Assembly (NCBI GenBank): GCA_964648765.1
Contig: CAZYLF010000002.1
Span: 144,684-208,683, forward strand
DNA from: an uncultured Candidatus Saccharibacteria bacterium
GTDB lineage: Bacteria > Patescibacteriota > Minisyncoccia > Phycocordibacterales > JACOZG01
Length of the DNA: 64,000 nucleotides
Reading direction: 5' to 3'
In this document: positions 1-8,064 of the stretch, one piece after another
Layout of the letters: each line of letters opens with the position of its first letter
Position numbering within the stretch: the first letter of the stretch is position 1
Program-made: the position numbers and the translations under genes
Notes under the pieces: generated by a model
What the model saw: only the letters and a program-made list of their open reading frames with translations
What the model was told of the DNA's origin: nothing
Databases searched by the model: none

Positions 1-102
1 TTATATACTTGGGCCGCAATAATCAATACTACAAGCAATATATGCCCAAACAATATAGCAAACAACCAAAATAATTAAGAAAATTAAAATTTTTTTAAAC
101 AT
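1..102 (-). CDS. putative 33-aa single-TM microprotein (MFKKILIFLIILVVCYIVWAYIACSIDYCGPSI)
   Basis: Manual translation; ATG 5 nt after the transketolase stop; KK followed by a hydrophobic helix; TAA at 1-3. Confidence 0.45.
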   Translation of the reverse strand: MFKKILIFLIILVVCYIVWAYIACSIDYCGPSI

Positions 103-107
103 ATTTT

Positions 108-974
108 TTACTCATGCTCGCTTTTTATGCGGCCCCAGAGGGTGCGGATGTCGTTTAGGGCGGATTTTCCTTCTTCTTTATTTGGCGGTTTGCCATGCCA
201 TTCAAATTTCCGTTCATATTCAGCTACTCCTTTGCCTGGGATAGTGTGAGCAATAATTACTGAAGGCTGGGAGAAGATTGCTTTAGCCTCGCCCACGGCT
301 GAATTAATCGCCTCAAAATTATGACCATCGATCTCGATCACGTGCCAATTAAACGCTTCCCACTTAGCGCGCAGTGGCTCAAGCGGCATAATGTCTTCAG
401 TGAAGCCGTCGATCTGGATATTGTTGCGATCCACGATCGCGATGAGATTGTGGAGTTGCTCCCGTCCGGCCAAGAGCACCGCCTCCCAAGTGTTGCCCGC
501 ATCATGCTCACCGTCCGACATCATGCAGTAAAAGAATTTATCGGAAGCTCGCCCTTTATCCATTTTCTCACCCAGCGCCATGCCCACGGTTTGTGAGAGC
601 CCTGAACCGAGCGGACCGGATGAAGTCTCAAGCATCGGCAACCACTCGCGGTGCGGGTGGCCCTGGAGATGCGAGCCGAATTTGCGCAGTGTTTGGAGTT
701 CGCTGATGGGGAAGTAACCGGCGTGCGCCATAGTAGCGTAAAGCACCGGACAGATGTGACCGTTGGAGAGCACCAAGCGGTCACGATCCGACCAACTCGG
801 ATTTTTAGGATCGTGTTTGAGGAGATGGAAGTAGAGCGCGGTGAAGATATCCGTCATGCCGAGCGGCCCGGCCGTGTGGCCAGAACCCGCCGCCACGAGC
901 ATCTCAATAATAGAACGGCGAATCTCGTTCGCCTTCTCTTCTAAAAATTTAATTTTGGAATCGTGGAGATGCAT
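108..974 (-). CDS. transketolase, N-terminal (TPP-binding) subunit
   Basis: GSGH, DRLVLSNGH, LQGHP, SSGPLGSG and SDGE..GNTWEA motifs; start moved to MHLHD to avoid overlap with rpe. Confidence 0.93.
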   Translation of the reverse strand: MHLHDSKIKFLEEKANEIRRSIIEMLVAAGSGHTAGPLGMTDIFTALYFHLLKHDPKNPSWSDRDRLVLSNGHICPVLYATMAHAGYFPISELQTLRKFGSHLQGHPHREWLPMLETSSGPLGSGLSQTVGMALGEKMDKGRASDKFFYCMMSDGEHDAGNTWEAVLLAGREQLHNLIAIVDRNNIQIDGFTEDIMPLEPLRAKWEAFNWHVIEIDGHNFEAINSAVGEAKAIFSQPSVIIAHTIPGKGVAEYERKFEWHGKPPNKEEGKSALNDIRTLWGRIKSEHE

Positions 975-975
975 T

Positions 976-1605
976 TTATAAATTTTGGAAATCGTGAAGG
1001 GTTTGGATAAAGTCGTCCGCCTTCCAAAGTGCTGAACCAACAACGAGCTCCGTGGCACCAGCCTCCAAACACTTTTTACCTGTCACCAAATTAATTCCTC
1101 CGTCTACAGAAATTTTAACACTTGGGTACTTAGCCCGCAAAGTTTTAATCCTCTCCAAGACCTCATCTTGAAACGGTTCACCATGATGACCAAGTTCCTC
1201 AATGGCCATAAACTGAATGACGTCTAAGCTCTCAATGTATTTCTCCACCAAATCAAGTGAAGAATTCATCAAGAGTGCCAAACCAATTTTAGTGGGCGTG
1301 TTTTTAACTGAATCGACGATCTCCTCCAAATGATCGGTGGATTCTGGGTGCACAATTATGCGGTCAGCCACGCTCACCCAATCAGCTGCCACCTCCTCAG
1401 GTCGCTCGATCATTAAGTGCACCTCCATTTTTATTTTGCCATTTATCTCGTGCAAATCATCCGGCACACTCCATGATTTATCTGCCACAAATCTCCCATC
1501 CGCCACGTCTAAATGGAGCCAAGTGGTGAGCTCCCCCACTTCCTCAATCTTGTCGCGGACTTCCGTAAAATTTTTGCCAATAATAGCTGGGATAATTTCT
1601 CTCAT
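976..1605 (-). CDS. rpe: ribulose-phosphate 3-epimerase
   Basis: HLDVADGRFV, EVHLM, SVDGGIN, VVGS motifs. Confidence 0.93.
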   Translation of the reverse strand: MREIIPAIIGKNFTEVRDKIEEVGELTTWLHLDVADGRFVADKSWSVPDDLHEINGKIKMEVHLMIERPEEVAADWVSVADRIIVHPESTDHLEEIVDSVKNTPTKIGLALLMNSSLDLVEKYIESLDVIQFMAIEELGHHGEPFQDEVLERIKTLRAKYPSVKISVDGGINLVTGKKCLEAGATELVVGSALWKADDFIQTLHDFQNL

Positions 1606-1607
1606 AT

Positions 1608-2075
1608 TTAAAACTCGTGTTCAATTTCAACTTTATAATCAATTTTAGCGTTACGCCTAATGTGCCTGTCATCGCCAGAAAATTTGGTATCAAGCCAAAG
1701 TTTTACCGAGCGTTTAGCCATGTCTGGGTCCAGAAATTTGGCGCCGAGCGAAAGGATGTTGGCGTTATTGTGCTCACGCGAAAGTTTAACAATCTCGTCC
1801 GCACCACCATAGTAAACTGCGGCTCGAATGTGCTTAAAACGATTAGCGCACATCGCCTCGCCCTGACCAGACGCGCCGAAAATAATACCAAAATTATTGT
1901 CTGGGTCAGACGCCACCATCTTGGCTACAATATCAATAAAGTCCGGGTAATCGTCACCGGGTACAAGTTCAAAAGCGCCTTCATCAAAAACTTGATGACC
2001 TTCAACCTTGAGAAAATTTTTAATTTCCTCCTTCAACTTAAACCCCGCATGATCTGTGCCTAAATAAACTTTCAC
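1608..2075 (-). CDS. rpiB: ribose-5-phosphate isomerase B family
   Basis: GTDHAGF, DDYPD, SGQGE, SREHNNANIL, RHIRR motifs. Confidence 0.93.
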   Translation of the reverse strand: MKVYLGTDHAGFKLKEEIKNFLKVEGHQVFDEGAFELVPGDDYPDFIDIVAKMVASDPDNNFGIIFGASGQGEAMCANRFKHIRAAVYYGGADEIVKLSREHNNANILSLGAKFLDPDMAKRSVKLWLDTKFSGDDRHIRRNAKIDYKVEIEHEF

Positions 2076-2077
2076 TA

Positions 2078-2734
2078 TTAAATATTACCACAACTTGGAC
2101 CGGTGATATTGGAAGGAACTTTGCCCGCAAAACCAGTACTGTCGACACACCAGATTTCCTTACTCTTTCCTATCCTATTATCAAATAATGGTGATTTACA
2201 AATTAAAGACTTTCTAATCTTCCCGGTCATAGGTAAACCAGCGGATACCGCCCAATCTTTAGAATCTCCAGTTTTAAAACAAGAGATGTTGTTAGCGCCA
2301 TAATTATGCATAGCCTTAAATTGCTCACTCCATGGGCCTGAATTTTGGTCACAAAGATTTTCTGGGAAATAATAATCGTCGGGGTTTTGGCCAACAGTGA
2401 CCATCATCTCCGCTTGGGTCCGCATACCAGCCATTGTTGCTTGAGTAGCAGCCGCAGTGGCTTTCTGACGAGCAGTATCTAGATTAGAAATAGTTATTCC
2501 AATTAAAAGTACAATCAAAATTAGGGTAATCCAACCAGCGATTCTTAGCCCACGACTTCTGACCCCCAAAATAAATACAAACAAACCAACCAGAAATAGA
2601 ACAACGGAAATCAAAAGAGTTAGGCCGCCGTCCATCGCCCAAATAAAACATTCGGCGATATTTGGAATCAGAGAAATGGAAATAAAACTAAAGATTATCA
2701 GAATTAACCCCCAGAATTTTTTTGATTTAAACAT
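2078..2734 (-). CDS. membrane protein with C-terminal CPR pilin-like domain
   Basis: Three TM helices, then LDTARQKA..MRTQAEM and WCVDSTG; likely start MFKSKK. Confidence 0.55.
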   Translation of the reverse strand: MFKSKKFWGLILIIFSFISISLIPNIAECFIWAMDGGLTLLISVVLFLVGLFVFILGVRSRGLRIAGWITLILIVLLIGITISNLDTARQKATAAATQATMAGMRTQAEMMVTVGQNPDDYYFPENLCDQNSGPWSEQFKAMHNYGANNISCFKTGDSKDWAVSAGLPMTGKIRKSLICKSPLFDNRIGKSKEIWCVDSTGFAGKVPSNITGPSCGNI

Positions 2735-3053
2735 TTGCTCTTTCTTGGACCAAAAACTGCGCCCCAGCATTTAGGTCAAAGGGTTCGCGGCCGATCCTAG
2801 ACTGAGACCATGACCACCACAAAATAGCTACCAATATTAGAATAATCGCAAGCCGCCAAATGATTCCACTCAGAAAAGCCATCAGTAAAATAAAACCCAA
2901 TATTAAGGCAACCTTACTTGGAACACTATAAATATAAATTAAATCGAGGTGGTTACCGAACCCGACATCGTTTGGTAACGCAGCCCTAAGGATTGTTAGG
3001 ATCGAGGAAAGAGCAAACAGTACGATCCCTAATATAAGTAATTTTTTATACAT
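2727..3053 (-). CDS. hypothetical membrane protein (~3 TM)
   Basis: Hydrophobic ORF directly downstream of gap. Confidence 0.6.
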   Translation of the reverse strand: MYKKLLILGIVLFALSSILTILRAALPNDVGFGNHLDLIYIYSVPSKVALILGFILLMAFLSGIIWRLAIILILVAILWWSWSQSRIGREPFDLNAGAQFLVQERANV

Positions 3054-3059
3054 GGGGTT

Positions 3060-4082
3060 CTACGCTTGCCCAGTCTTGATCACATGCTCAATCAAAGTGT
3101 GAGTGTAGCCCATTTCGTTGTCGTACCAGGCGAGGACTTTGCAGAGGTTGCCGCCGACGACTTTGGTGAAGCCGAGATCGGCGATCGAGGCGTGAGGATT
3201 GCCGAGAATGTCGGAGGAAACATACTCTTCTTCAGTGGCGGTGAAGATCCCCTTCCAGCGCGGTTCGCTCGCGGCCTTTTTTAATATTGAATTAATTTCT
3301 TCCACACTCGTTTTACGTTTAGTAATAAAAGTAATGTCAGCAATTGAGCCAGCGATCACCGGCACGCGGAGAGCAATGCCATCAAACATCCCTTTGAGAT
3401 CCGGGATCGCTTCGGTCACGGAAATGGCCGCGCCGGTGGTAGAAGGCACGATGTTCGCCGCGGCCGCCCGGCCGCGGCGATGATCCTTGGCATCCGGCGC
3501 GTCCACAATTTTCTGCGTGGCGGTATACGCGTGCACAGTGGAGAGCAAAGCCTTCTCGATCCCGATCGCTTTATGAATAATATCAATCACCGGCGAAGCC
3601 GAGTTGGTGGTGCATGAGGCGTTGGAGGTAATCTGGCAAGTGGCCAACTTCTCATCATTAATTCCCATCAAGATTGTGGCGCCATTAATGCCCGGCAAAG
3701 GTTCACCTTTAATTGGTGCGGAAACCACCACCTTGTGCGCGCCGGCATCAAGATGCAGTTTGGCCTTCTCATAAGTTTCAAAAAATCCCGTCGACTCCAC
3801 TACCACATCAATGCCCATCGCCGCCCAAGGTAATTTGTTTGGCTCCTTCTCTTGGCAAACGTTTATCACATGCTCGCCTACCACCAACTTACCATCACGC
3901 ACCACCACCGGCAGATCAAAACGCCCGTAGGCGCTATCGTACTTGAGTAAATATGCTAAATTTTCTAAATCTCCTAAATCATTAACGGCTACTAAATTAA
4001 TCTCTGGCCTCTTAACTGATAATTTTAAAAACGCACGTCCAATTCTGCCTAAGCCATTAATGGCTACATTTACTTTTTTCAT
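3060..4082 (-). CDS. gap: glyceraldehyde-3-phosphate dehydrogenase, type I
   Basis: INGLGRIGR, SNASCTTN, AWYDNE motifs. Confidence 0.96.
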   Translation of the reverse strand: MKKVNVAINGLGRIGRAFLKLSVKRPEINLVAVNDLGDLENLAYLLKYDSAYGRFDLPVVVRDGKLVVGEHVINVCQEKEPNKLPWAAMGIDVVVESTGFFETYEKAKLHLDAGAHKVVVSAPIKGEPLPGINGATILMGINDEKLATCQITSNASCTTNSASPVIDIIHKAIGIEKALLSTVHAYTATQKIVDAPDAKDHRRGRAAAANIVPSTTGAAISVTEAIPDLKGMFDGIALRVPVIAGSIADITFITKRKTSVEEINSILKKAASEPRWKGIFTATEEEYVSSDILGNPHASIADLGFTKVVGGNLCKVLAWYDNEMGYTHTLIEHVIKTGQA

Positions 4083-4105
4083 ATTTCATATATTTTAACA
4101 CCAAA

Positions 4106-4141
4106 AAGAAAAAAGCGTCGGGGATAATCCACCGACGCTTC
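4106..4141 (-). terminator. intrinsic terminator
   Basis: AAGCGTCGG...CCGACGCTT hairpin followed by a T-run on minus. Confidence 0.7.
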
Positions 4142-4151
4142 AAATTTAAAA

Positions 4152-4421
4152 TCACTTCTTCTCTTCCACCCTCGCCTTCATGCTGTCTGAAGGGATCACA
4201 GGATTCTCCAATTTTTCTCTCGGCTCGCCCCTGATCCCGGGCACAACATAAACTGAAGGGATGTTCCTACCCCGCACTCGAGTCGGGTTTTTATAATCCT
4301 TTCTCACCCGATCTTGCGAAGTACATCCTCCGCCCGCTTGCAAAATTATCGCAAACGCCACAAACCAAAACGATCTCCTTATCGTCCTCACAACCATTCC
4401 TCCCTGAAAAGACCTACTCAA
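4152..4421 (-). CDS. hypothetical small secreted/lipoprotein-like protein (true start probably ~4391-4397)
   Basis: Hydrophobic segment ending in GGGC; GGGAGG SD; own promoter (TTGCTA..TATAAT ~4444-4471) and terminator. Confidence 0.5.
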   Translation of the reverse strand: MSRSFQGGMVVRTIRRSFWFVAFAIILQAGGGCTSQDRVRKDYKNPTRVRGRNIPSVYVVPGIRGEPREKLENPVIPSDSMKARVEEKK

Positions 4422-4487
4422 GTTAAAAATTAACGCTCCTCACATTATACACAATATTATAAAAATAGCAATCCCTCAAATTTAGAT

Positions 4488-4520
4488 AAAAAAGACCCCG
4501 CACGATCTCACGTGCGGGGT
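4488..4520 (-). terminator. intrinsic terminator
   Basis: ACCCCGCACG..CGTGCGGGGT hairpin with T-run. Confidence 0.7.
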
Positions 4521-4550
4521 AAAAAAGTATTAAGGGGACAAATTACGTAC

Positions 4551-4754
4551 CTACACCCAGCGCCAACCAAAACGTCTGGCGAGAGGCACTAAAACACAAT
4601 TGTAGCCGAACAAAAACATCGCGGCGATGGTGGCCCAGATAAGTGGATCAGTGTATGATCCCTTGAATTTATCAGTCTGGTTCAAGGCCAAAACGCCGAG
4701 AACAATGCAGACCAGCACACCAATGCCATCATGAGCAACCTTTTTCCAGCTCAT
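4551..4754 (-). CDS. small 2-TM protein (67 aa, MSWKKVAHD...)
   Basis: ATG 2 nt after the upstream stop; two hydrophobic helices. Confidence 0.6.
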   Translation of the reverse strand: MSWKKVAHDGIGVLVCIVLGVLALNQTDKFKGSYTDPLIWATIAAMFLFGYNCVLVPLARRFGWRWV

Positions 4755-4756
4755 GC

Positions 4757-5464
4757 TTAGCACCCCCAAAAGAGGCCAAAGATGCAGAGGATGACGACGG
4801 CAACTACTACGACAGCAATCACCACAGCGCACCCTGCCACAGATGCTGACACCAGTGACTTTGCCGACATCCCAACCGGAACAACAGTGATCAGGCTTGC
4901 AAGTGACGCAGCAGCCTTAGATGTTGCGCCTAGCGAAGAGAAGGTCATCACCGACGCTTCCACAGTGCCATCGTCCTTTTCCTCTTGCAGAAGCGCACCG
5001 CCACCGCTCAGTTTGGTTATAGAGCCGGACGTTTCAGTGAGTTGACCATTGAGCGAAGTAGTCTCAACAGCGAACTCGATTTTGTTTCTGTCCGAGCTGA
5101 TATTGAGGCCTCGTTGCAAAACATGAGTAGCAACAAGTCGTCCTTCGACTGACTCTTGAATTTGCGCCGACACTGAACCGTCCCGATGACGCACCACTCC
5201 AGAATAATGAAGTCGCGTCGTTCCATCGAAGACCGTAGCAGAACGATCATCGTGCGTGATCACCGTCACCGAACTCCCCACGCCGAGGATTTCCTCGATC
5301 AAGGTTTCAGCCTGAACTTCAGCCACGGCACGACCACCAGCCAACGCAAACGGCGTCGGAAACGCGGCCACTGTCAGCGCCAGCACCATGGTTGGTGTGA
5401 CATTGCGGAACCGCCACTTACTCACTCGCAACATCGCCCCAAGACCAATCGCAGACTTCTTCAT
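4757..5464 (-). CDS. hypothetical secreted protein with hydrophobic Cys-containing C-terminus
   Basis: GGAG SD before MKKSA; signal-peptide-like region ending in FALA; C-terminus GCAVVIAVVVVAVVILCIFGLFWGC. Confidence 0.65.
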   Translation of the reverse strand: MKKSAIGLGAMLRVSKWRFRNVTPTMVLALTVAAFPTPFALAGGRAVAEVQAETLIEEILGVGSSVTVITHDDRSATVFDGTTRLHYSGVVRHRDGSVSAQIQESVEGRLVATHVLQRGLNISSDRNKIEFAVETTSLNGQLTETSGSITKLSGGGALLQEEKDDGTVEASVMTFSSLGATSKAAASLASLITVVPVGMSAKSLVSASVAGCAVVIAVVVVAVVILCIFGLFWGC

Positions 5465-5551
5465 CGTACTTCTCCATAAAGGGACATTGGCTTGGTTAAT
5501 GGAGAACATCTCCACCAACGAGAGTTGGTCTTATCAAAGACCTAATACCAG

Positions 5552-5603
5552 ATAAAGCCTAACGAAATTTAAAAACGTAGTCAAGCAAAATTTTGGACAA
5601 AAA
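5552..5603 (-). promoter_or_regulatory. sigma70-type promoter, copy 1 of a 52-bp duplicated element
   Basis: TTGACT-17-TAGGCT on minus; 47/52 identical to 5919-5970. Confidence 0.7.
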
Positions 5604-5630
5604 TGCCGCTTCCCAAAATGAGAAGCGGCT
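5599..5630 (-). terminator. intrinsic terminator
   Basis: GCCGCTTCTC-ATTTT-GGGAAGCGGC followed by ATTTTT on minus. Confidence 0.6.
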
Positions 5631-5658
5631 GAACGTTGGCCATCGAATTCCCTTGATC

Positions 5659-5763
5659 CTAGAGTAGAATCAAAACGATTAGAGCGAAGGAGAGCACTAC
5701 TGCCGAGTACGATACTCGACGAATCGCGATCGCCTCCGCCTCTGTGACGGGATAGATAATCAT
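5659..5763 (-). CDS. putative 34-aa microprotein MIIYPVTEAEAIAIRRVSYSAVVLSFALIVLILL
   Basis: GGAGGGG SD; ATG immediately follows the upstream TAG; C-terminal TM helix; lies within a promoter-terminator unit. Confidence 0.5.
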   Translation of the reverse strand: MIIYPVTEAEAIAIRRVSYSAVVLSFALIVLILL

Positions 5764-5850
5764 CTACCCCTCCATGCCGATGCATATGATCGGAACGAGA
5801 CTCTCGTACCAATCAATCCATGACTGAAACCACGAAAGAGCAATCATCAT
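5764..5850 (-). CDS. putative 28-aa microprotein MMIALSWFQSWIDWYESLVPIICIGMEG
   Basis: GGAG SD; first ORF after the promoter at 5919-5970. Confidence 0.45.
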   Translation of the reverse strand: MMIALSWFQSWIDWYESLVPIICIGMEG

Positions 5851-5918
5851 TGAAGAATCTCCACAAACAAGAAAAGGAAATGATCAAGAACATCTCGATC
5901 TTAAAGAGCTACGCCCAA

Positions 5919-5970
5919 ATAAAGCCTAACGAAGTTTTAAAATATAGTCAAGCAAAATTTTAGACAAAAA
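5919..5970 (-). promoter_or_regulatory. sigma70-type promoter, copy 2 of the duplicated element
   Basis: TTGACT-17-TAGGCT on minus. Confidence 0.7.
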
Positions 5971-6005
5971 AAGAGGCCCGGGTGAACAATTGCTCACCCA
6001 GACCT
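5966..6005 (-). terminator. intrinsic terminator
   Basis: AGGTCTGGGTGAGCAA/TTGTTCACCCGGGCCT hairpin followed by a T-run on minus. Confidence 0.7.
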
Positions 6006-6275
6006 AGCGATCTTTTTTATAGCCCATAATCTCGTCGCCTGAGAAGAGAGCCTCACCCCTGTCATTTGCACCAACCGACCGAGGAACGTCATTGGCTGGT
6101 ACACCCATAAGGTTAGTGCACCTCACCTCACGGGAGAACATAATCAGGGCAAGTTCACGCCACAGGCTGTGAAGCCTAGCGGGAAGCTTAAGAAAAATTT
6201 CTCTCAAGCTGAACTTTCCGCCCACCGAAATGACAAAATCCCAAAACCCAAATCGCTAAAGGGATCCACCCACCT

Positions 6276-6410
6276 CTATTTTTGTTTTGCTTGGAGTTTT
6301 TCTATACCAAGACAAATGTTAGAGGGTTTTGCAATGGCTAGGAGGTTTTTTAGGGACCCCCATAATCCACCTAGCCACATCTTAGTCCGGCACGGCACCT
6401 TCCATTTCAT
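6276..6410 (-). CDS. putative 44-aa cationic microprotein MKWKVPCRTKMWLGGLWGSLKNLLAIAKPSNICLGIEKLQAKQK
   Basis: AGGAAAGG SD; downstream of the promoter at 6507-6534. Confidence 0.4.
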   Translation of the reverse strand: MKWKVPCRTKMWLGGLWGSLKNLLAIAKPSNICLGIEKLQAKQK

Positions 6411-6506
6411 TGCCTTTCCTACTTACGAGCTAGATAGTTAGTCTAGCCCTAGATGAGGTTGCGCTAGGCAACCCTTGTCTTTGGACTCAATGTACTACTG
6501 CCCACT

Positions 6507-6534
6507 AGTATACACGAACTGTGATTTTTGTCAA
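6507..6534 (-). promoter_or_regulatory. near-consensus sigma70 promoter
   Basis: TTGACA-16-TATACT on minus. Confidence 0.6.
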
Positions 6535-6575
6535 GCGATTCTATATTGAGTTCGTCAAGATTGCCAAAATGTGGC

Positions 6576-8051
6576 TTAACCAAGCGCTTTTTTGAAGAGC
6601 GCTTCCAAGACCTTGGGATTGGCGGAACCTTTACTCACCTTCATGCCTTGGCCGATTAGGAACTGCAACGCCGCGGCTTTGCCAGCCTTAAAGTCCTCCA
6701 CCGATTTAGCATTCTCGGCGATAATTTTAGCCACAATCTCTTGCAAATGCCCCTCATCACTCTTTTGGATCAAACCTTTCTCCTCCGCGATCACTTTCGG
6801 CGAGCGCTCATCACTAATCATCATGATTAAAATATCTTTGGCTCCGCGCGACGACACCTCCCCCGCTCCCGCCATCTTAATTAACTCGGCGAAGGACTTG
6901 GAAGTCGGACTTCCAATTGGAAGTCCGACTTCCAAGTCAGCAAGAACTTTTACTAAATCGTTAGAAATATAGTTAGAAGCGAGTTTAATTAATTCTTTAT
7001 CACCACCAAGTTCACGCGTCACACTTTCGAAAAATTCCCCGAGTTTAAGGTCGGTCAAATAAGCCTCCACATCCTCGGCCTTCACGCCAAAGTCACGCGC
7101 GTAGCGTTCGCGTTTAACCCACGGCAATTCGGGCAAAGTCTCTTTTAAATTTTGGAATTCCGGAATTTGCGAGATCCAGAGTTTGGGCAAGTCCGGCTCA
7201 GGGAAGTAGCGATAGTCCTGCGACGTTTCCTTTTTACGCTGACTAAAGGTCTCCCCTTTGGCCTCATTCCACCCCCTGGTCTCTTGTGTTACCTTTTCCC
7301 CACCTTCAAGCAACGCCACCTGGCGCTCAAACTCATACTCAATCGCCCGCTCGGCCGCACGGAAAGAATTTAAGTTTTTCACTTCCACTTTTGTCCCTCG
7401 TTCACCAGTTTTTGAAACTGAAATGTTGGCCTCCACGCGCATCTCGCCCTTCTCCATATTAGCCTCCGAGGCGCCTAAATAGCGGAGTAAGAGTTGGAGC
7501 TCACGCGCAAAGTCACCCGCTTGCTTGGCGCTCGTGATCACTGGTTCCGTCACCAATTCCATCAGTGGTACACCAGCACGATTGAAATCCACCAATGACG
7601 AACTTTCATCTGGTGTTATGTTTTCCAATATCCACTCAGTAGATTTATCGGGCGTTGATTTACGATGTTCAAAATGGATTGAACTCGCCGTGTCCTCCTC
7701 TAAATGCACACGTGTAATCGTGACATCATTAAGTGAGCCACCGGTTACGAGTGGATGCTCATACTGACTAATCTGATAACCCTTGGGGATGTCAGGGTAA
7801 AAATAATTTTTGCGATCAAACTCGGTAAAATCAGAAATCGTACCACCGATAGCATTACCCACACGCAAAACTTGCCGCACCGCCTCTTTATTAATCGTTG
7901 GCAAAGTGCCCGGATGCGCGAGGCAAATCGGGCAAATGTTCACATTCGGTTTTACTTCATCCGGATCATTCGCCGAATTGCAAAACATTTTTGTTTTGGT
8001 CTTCAACTCCGCATGAATCTCTAAGCCTACCGTAAGTTTATATTCTTCCAT
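6576..8051 (-). CDS. gatB: Asp/Glu-tRNA amidotransferase subunit B
   Basis: GLEIHAEL, FDRKNYFYPD, HLEED, DFNRAGVPLMELVTEP, YRYFPEPDL motifs. Confidence 0.97.
   Translation of the reverse strand: MEEYKLTVGLEIHAELKTKTKMFCNSANDPDEVKPNVNICPICLAHPGTLPTINKEAVRQVLRVGNAIGGTISDFTEFDRKNYFYPDIPKGYQISQYEHPLVTGGSLNDVTITRVHLEEDTASSIHFEHRKSTPDKSTEWILENITPDESSSLVDFNRAGVPLMELVTEPVITSAKQAGDFARELQLLLRYLGASEANMEKGEMRVEANISVSKTGERGTKVEVKNLNSFRAAERAIEYEFERQVALLEGGEKVTQETRGWNEAKGETFSQRKKETSQDYRYFPEPDLPKLWISQIPEFQNLKETLPELPWVKRERYARDFGVKAEDVEAYLTDLKLGEFFESVTRELGGDKELIKLASNYISNDLVKVLADLEVGLPIGSPTSKSFAELIKMAGAGEVSSRGAKDILIMMISDERSPKVIAEEKGLIQKSDEGHLQEIVAKIIAENAKSVEDFKAGKAAALQFLIGQGMKVSKGSANPKVLEALFKKALG
6895..6938. 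repeat. perfect 44-bp palindrome in-frame inside gatB
   Basis: GACTTGGAAGTCGGACTTCCAATTGGAAGTCCGACTTCCAAGTC equals its own reverse complement; reads DLEVGLPIGSPTSKS on both strands. Confidence 0.9.
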
Positions 8052-8064
8052 GTTTAAAGCACCA

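Noticed and set aside
5534-5812. 92-aa ORF from the ORF track
   Set aside because: It runs through a terminator and a promoter; two SD-led microproteins fit the unit better
4100-6540. Integron cassette array
   Set aside because: The hairpins look like terminators with U-runs, lack consistent RYYYAAC/GTTRRRY ends, the cassettes have their own promoters, and no integrase is present
7600-7680. ~20-aa extra loop in GatB (FEHRKSTPDKSTEWILENITPDE)
   Set aside because: It falls in a normally variable loop, with no palindrome, intein or intron hallmarks
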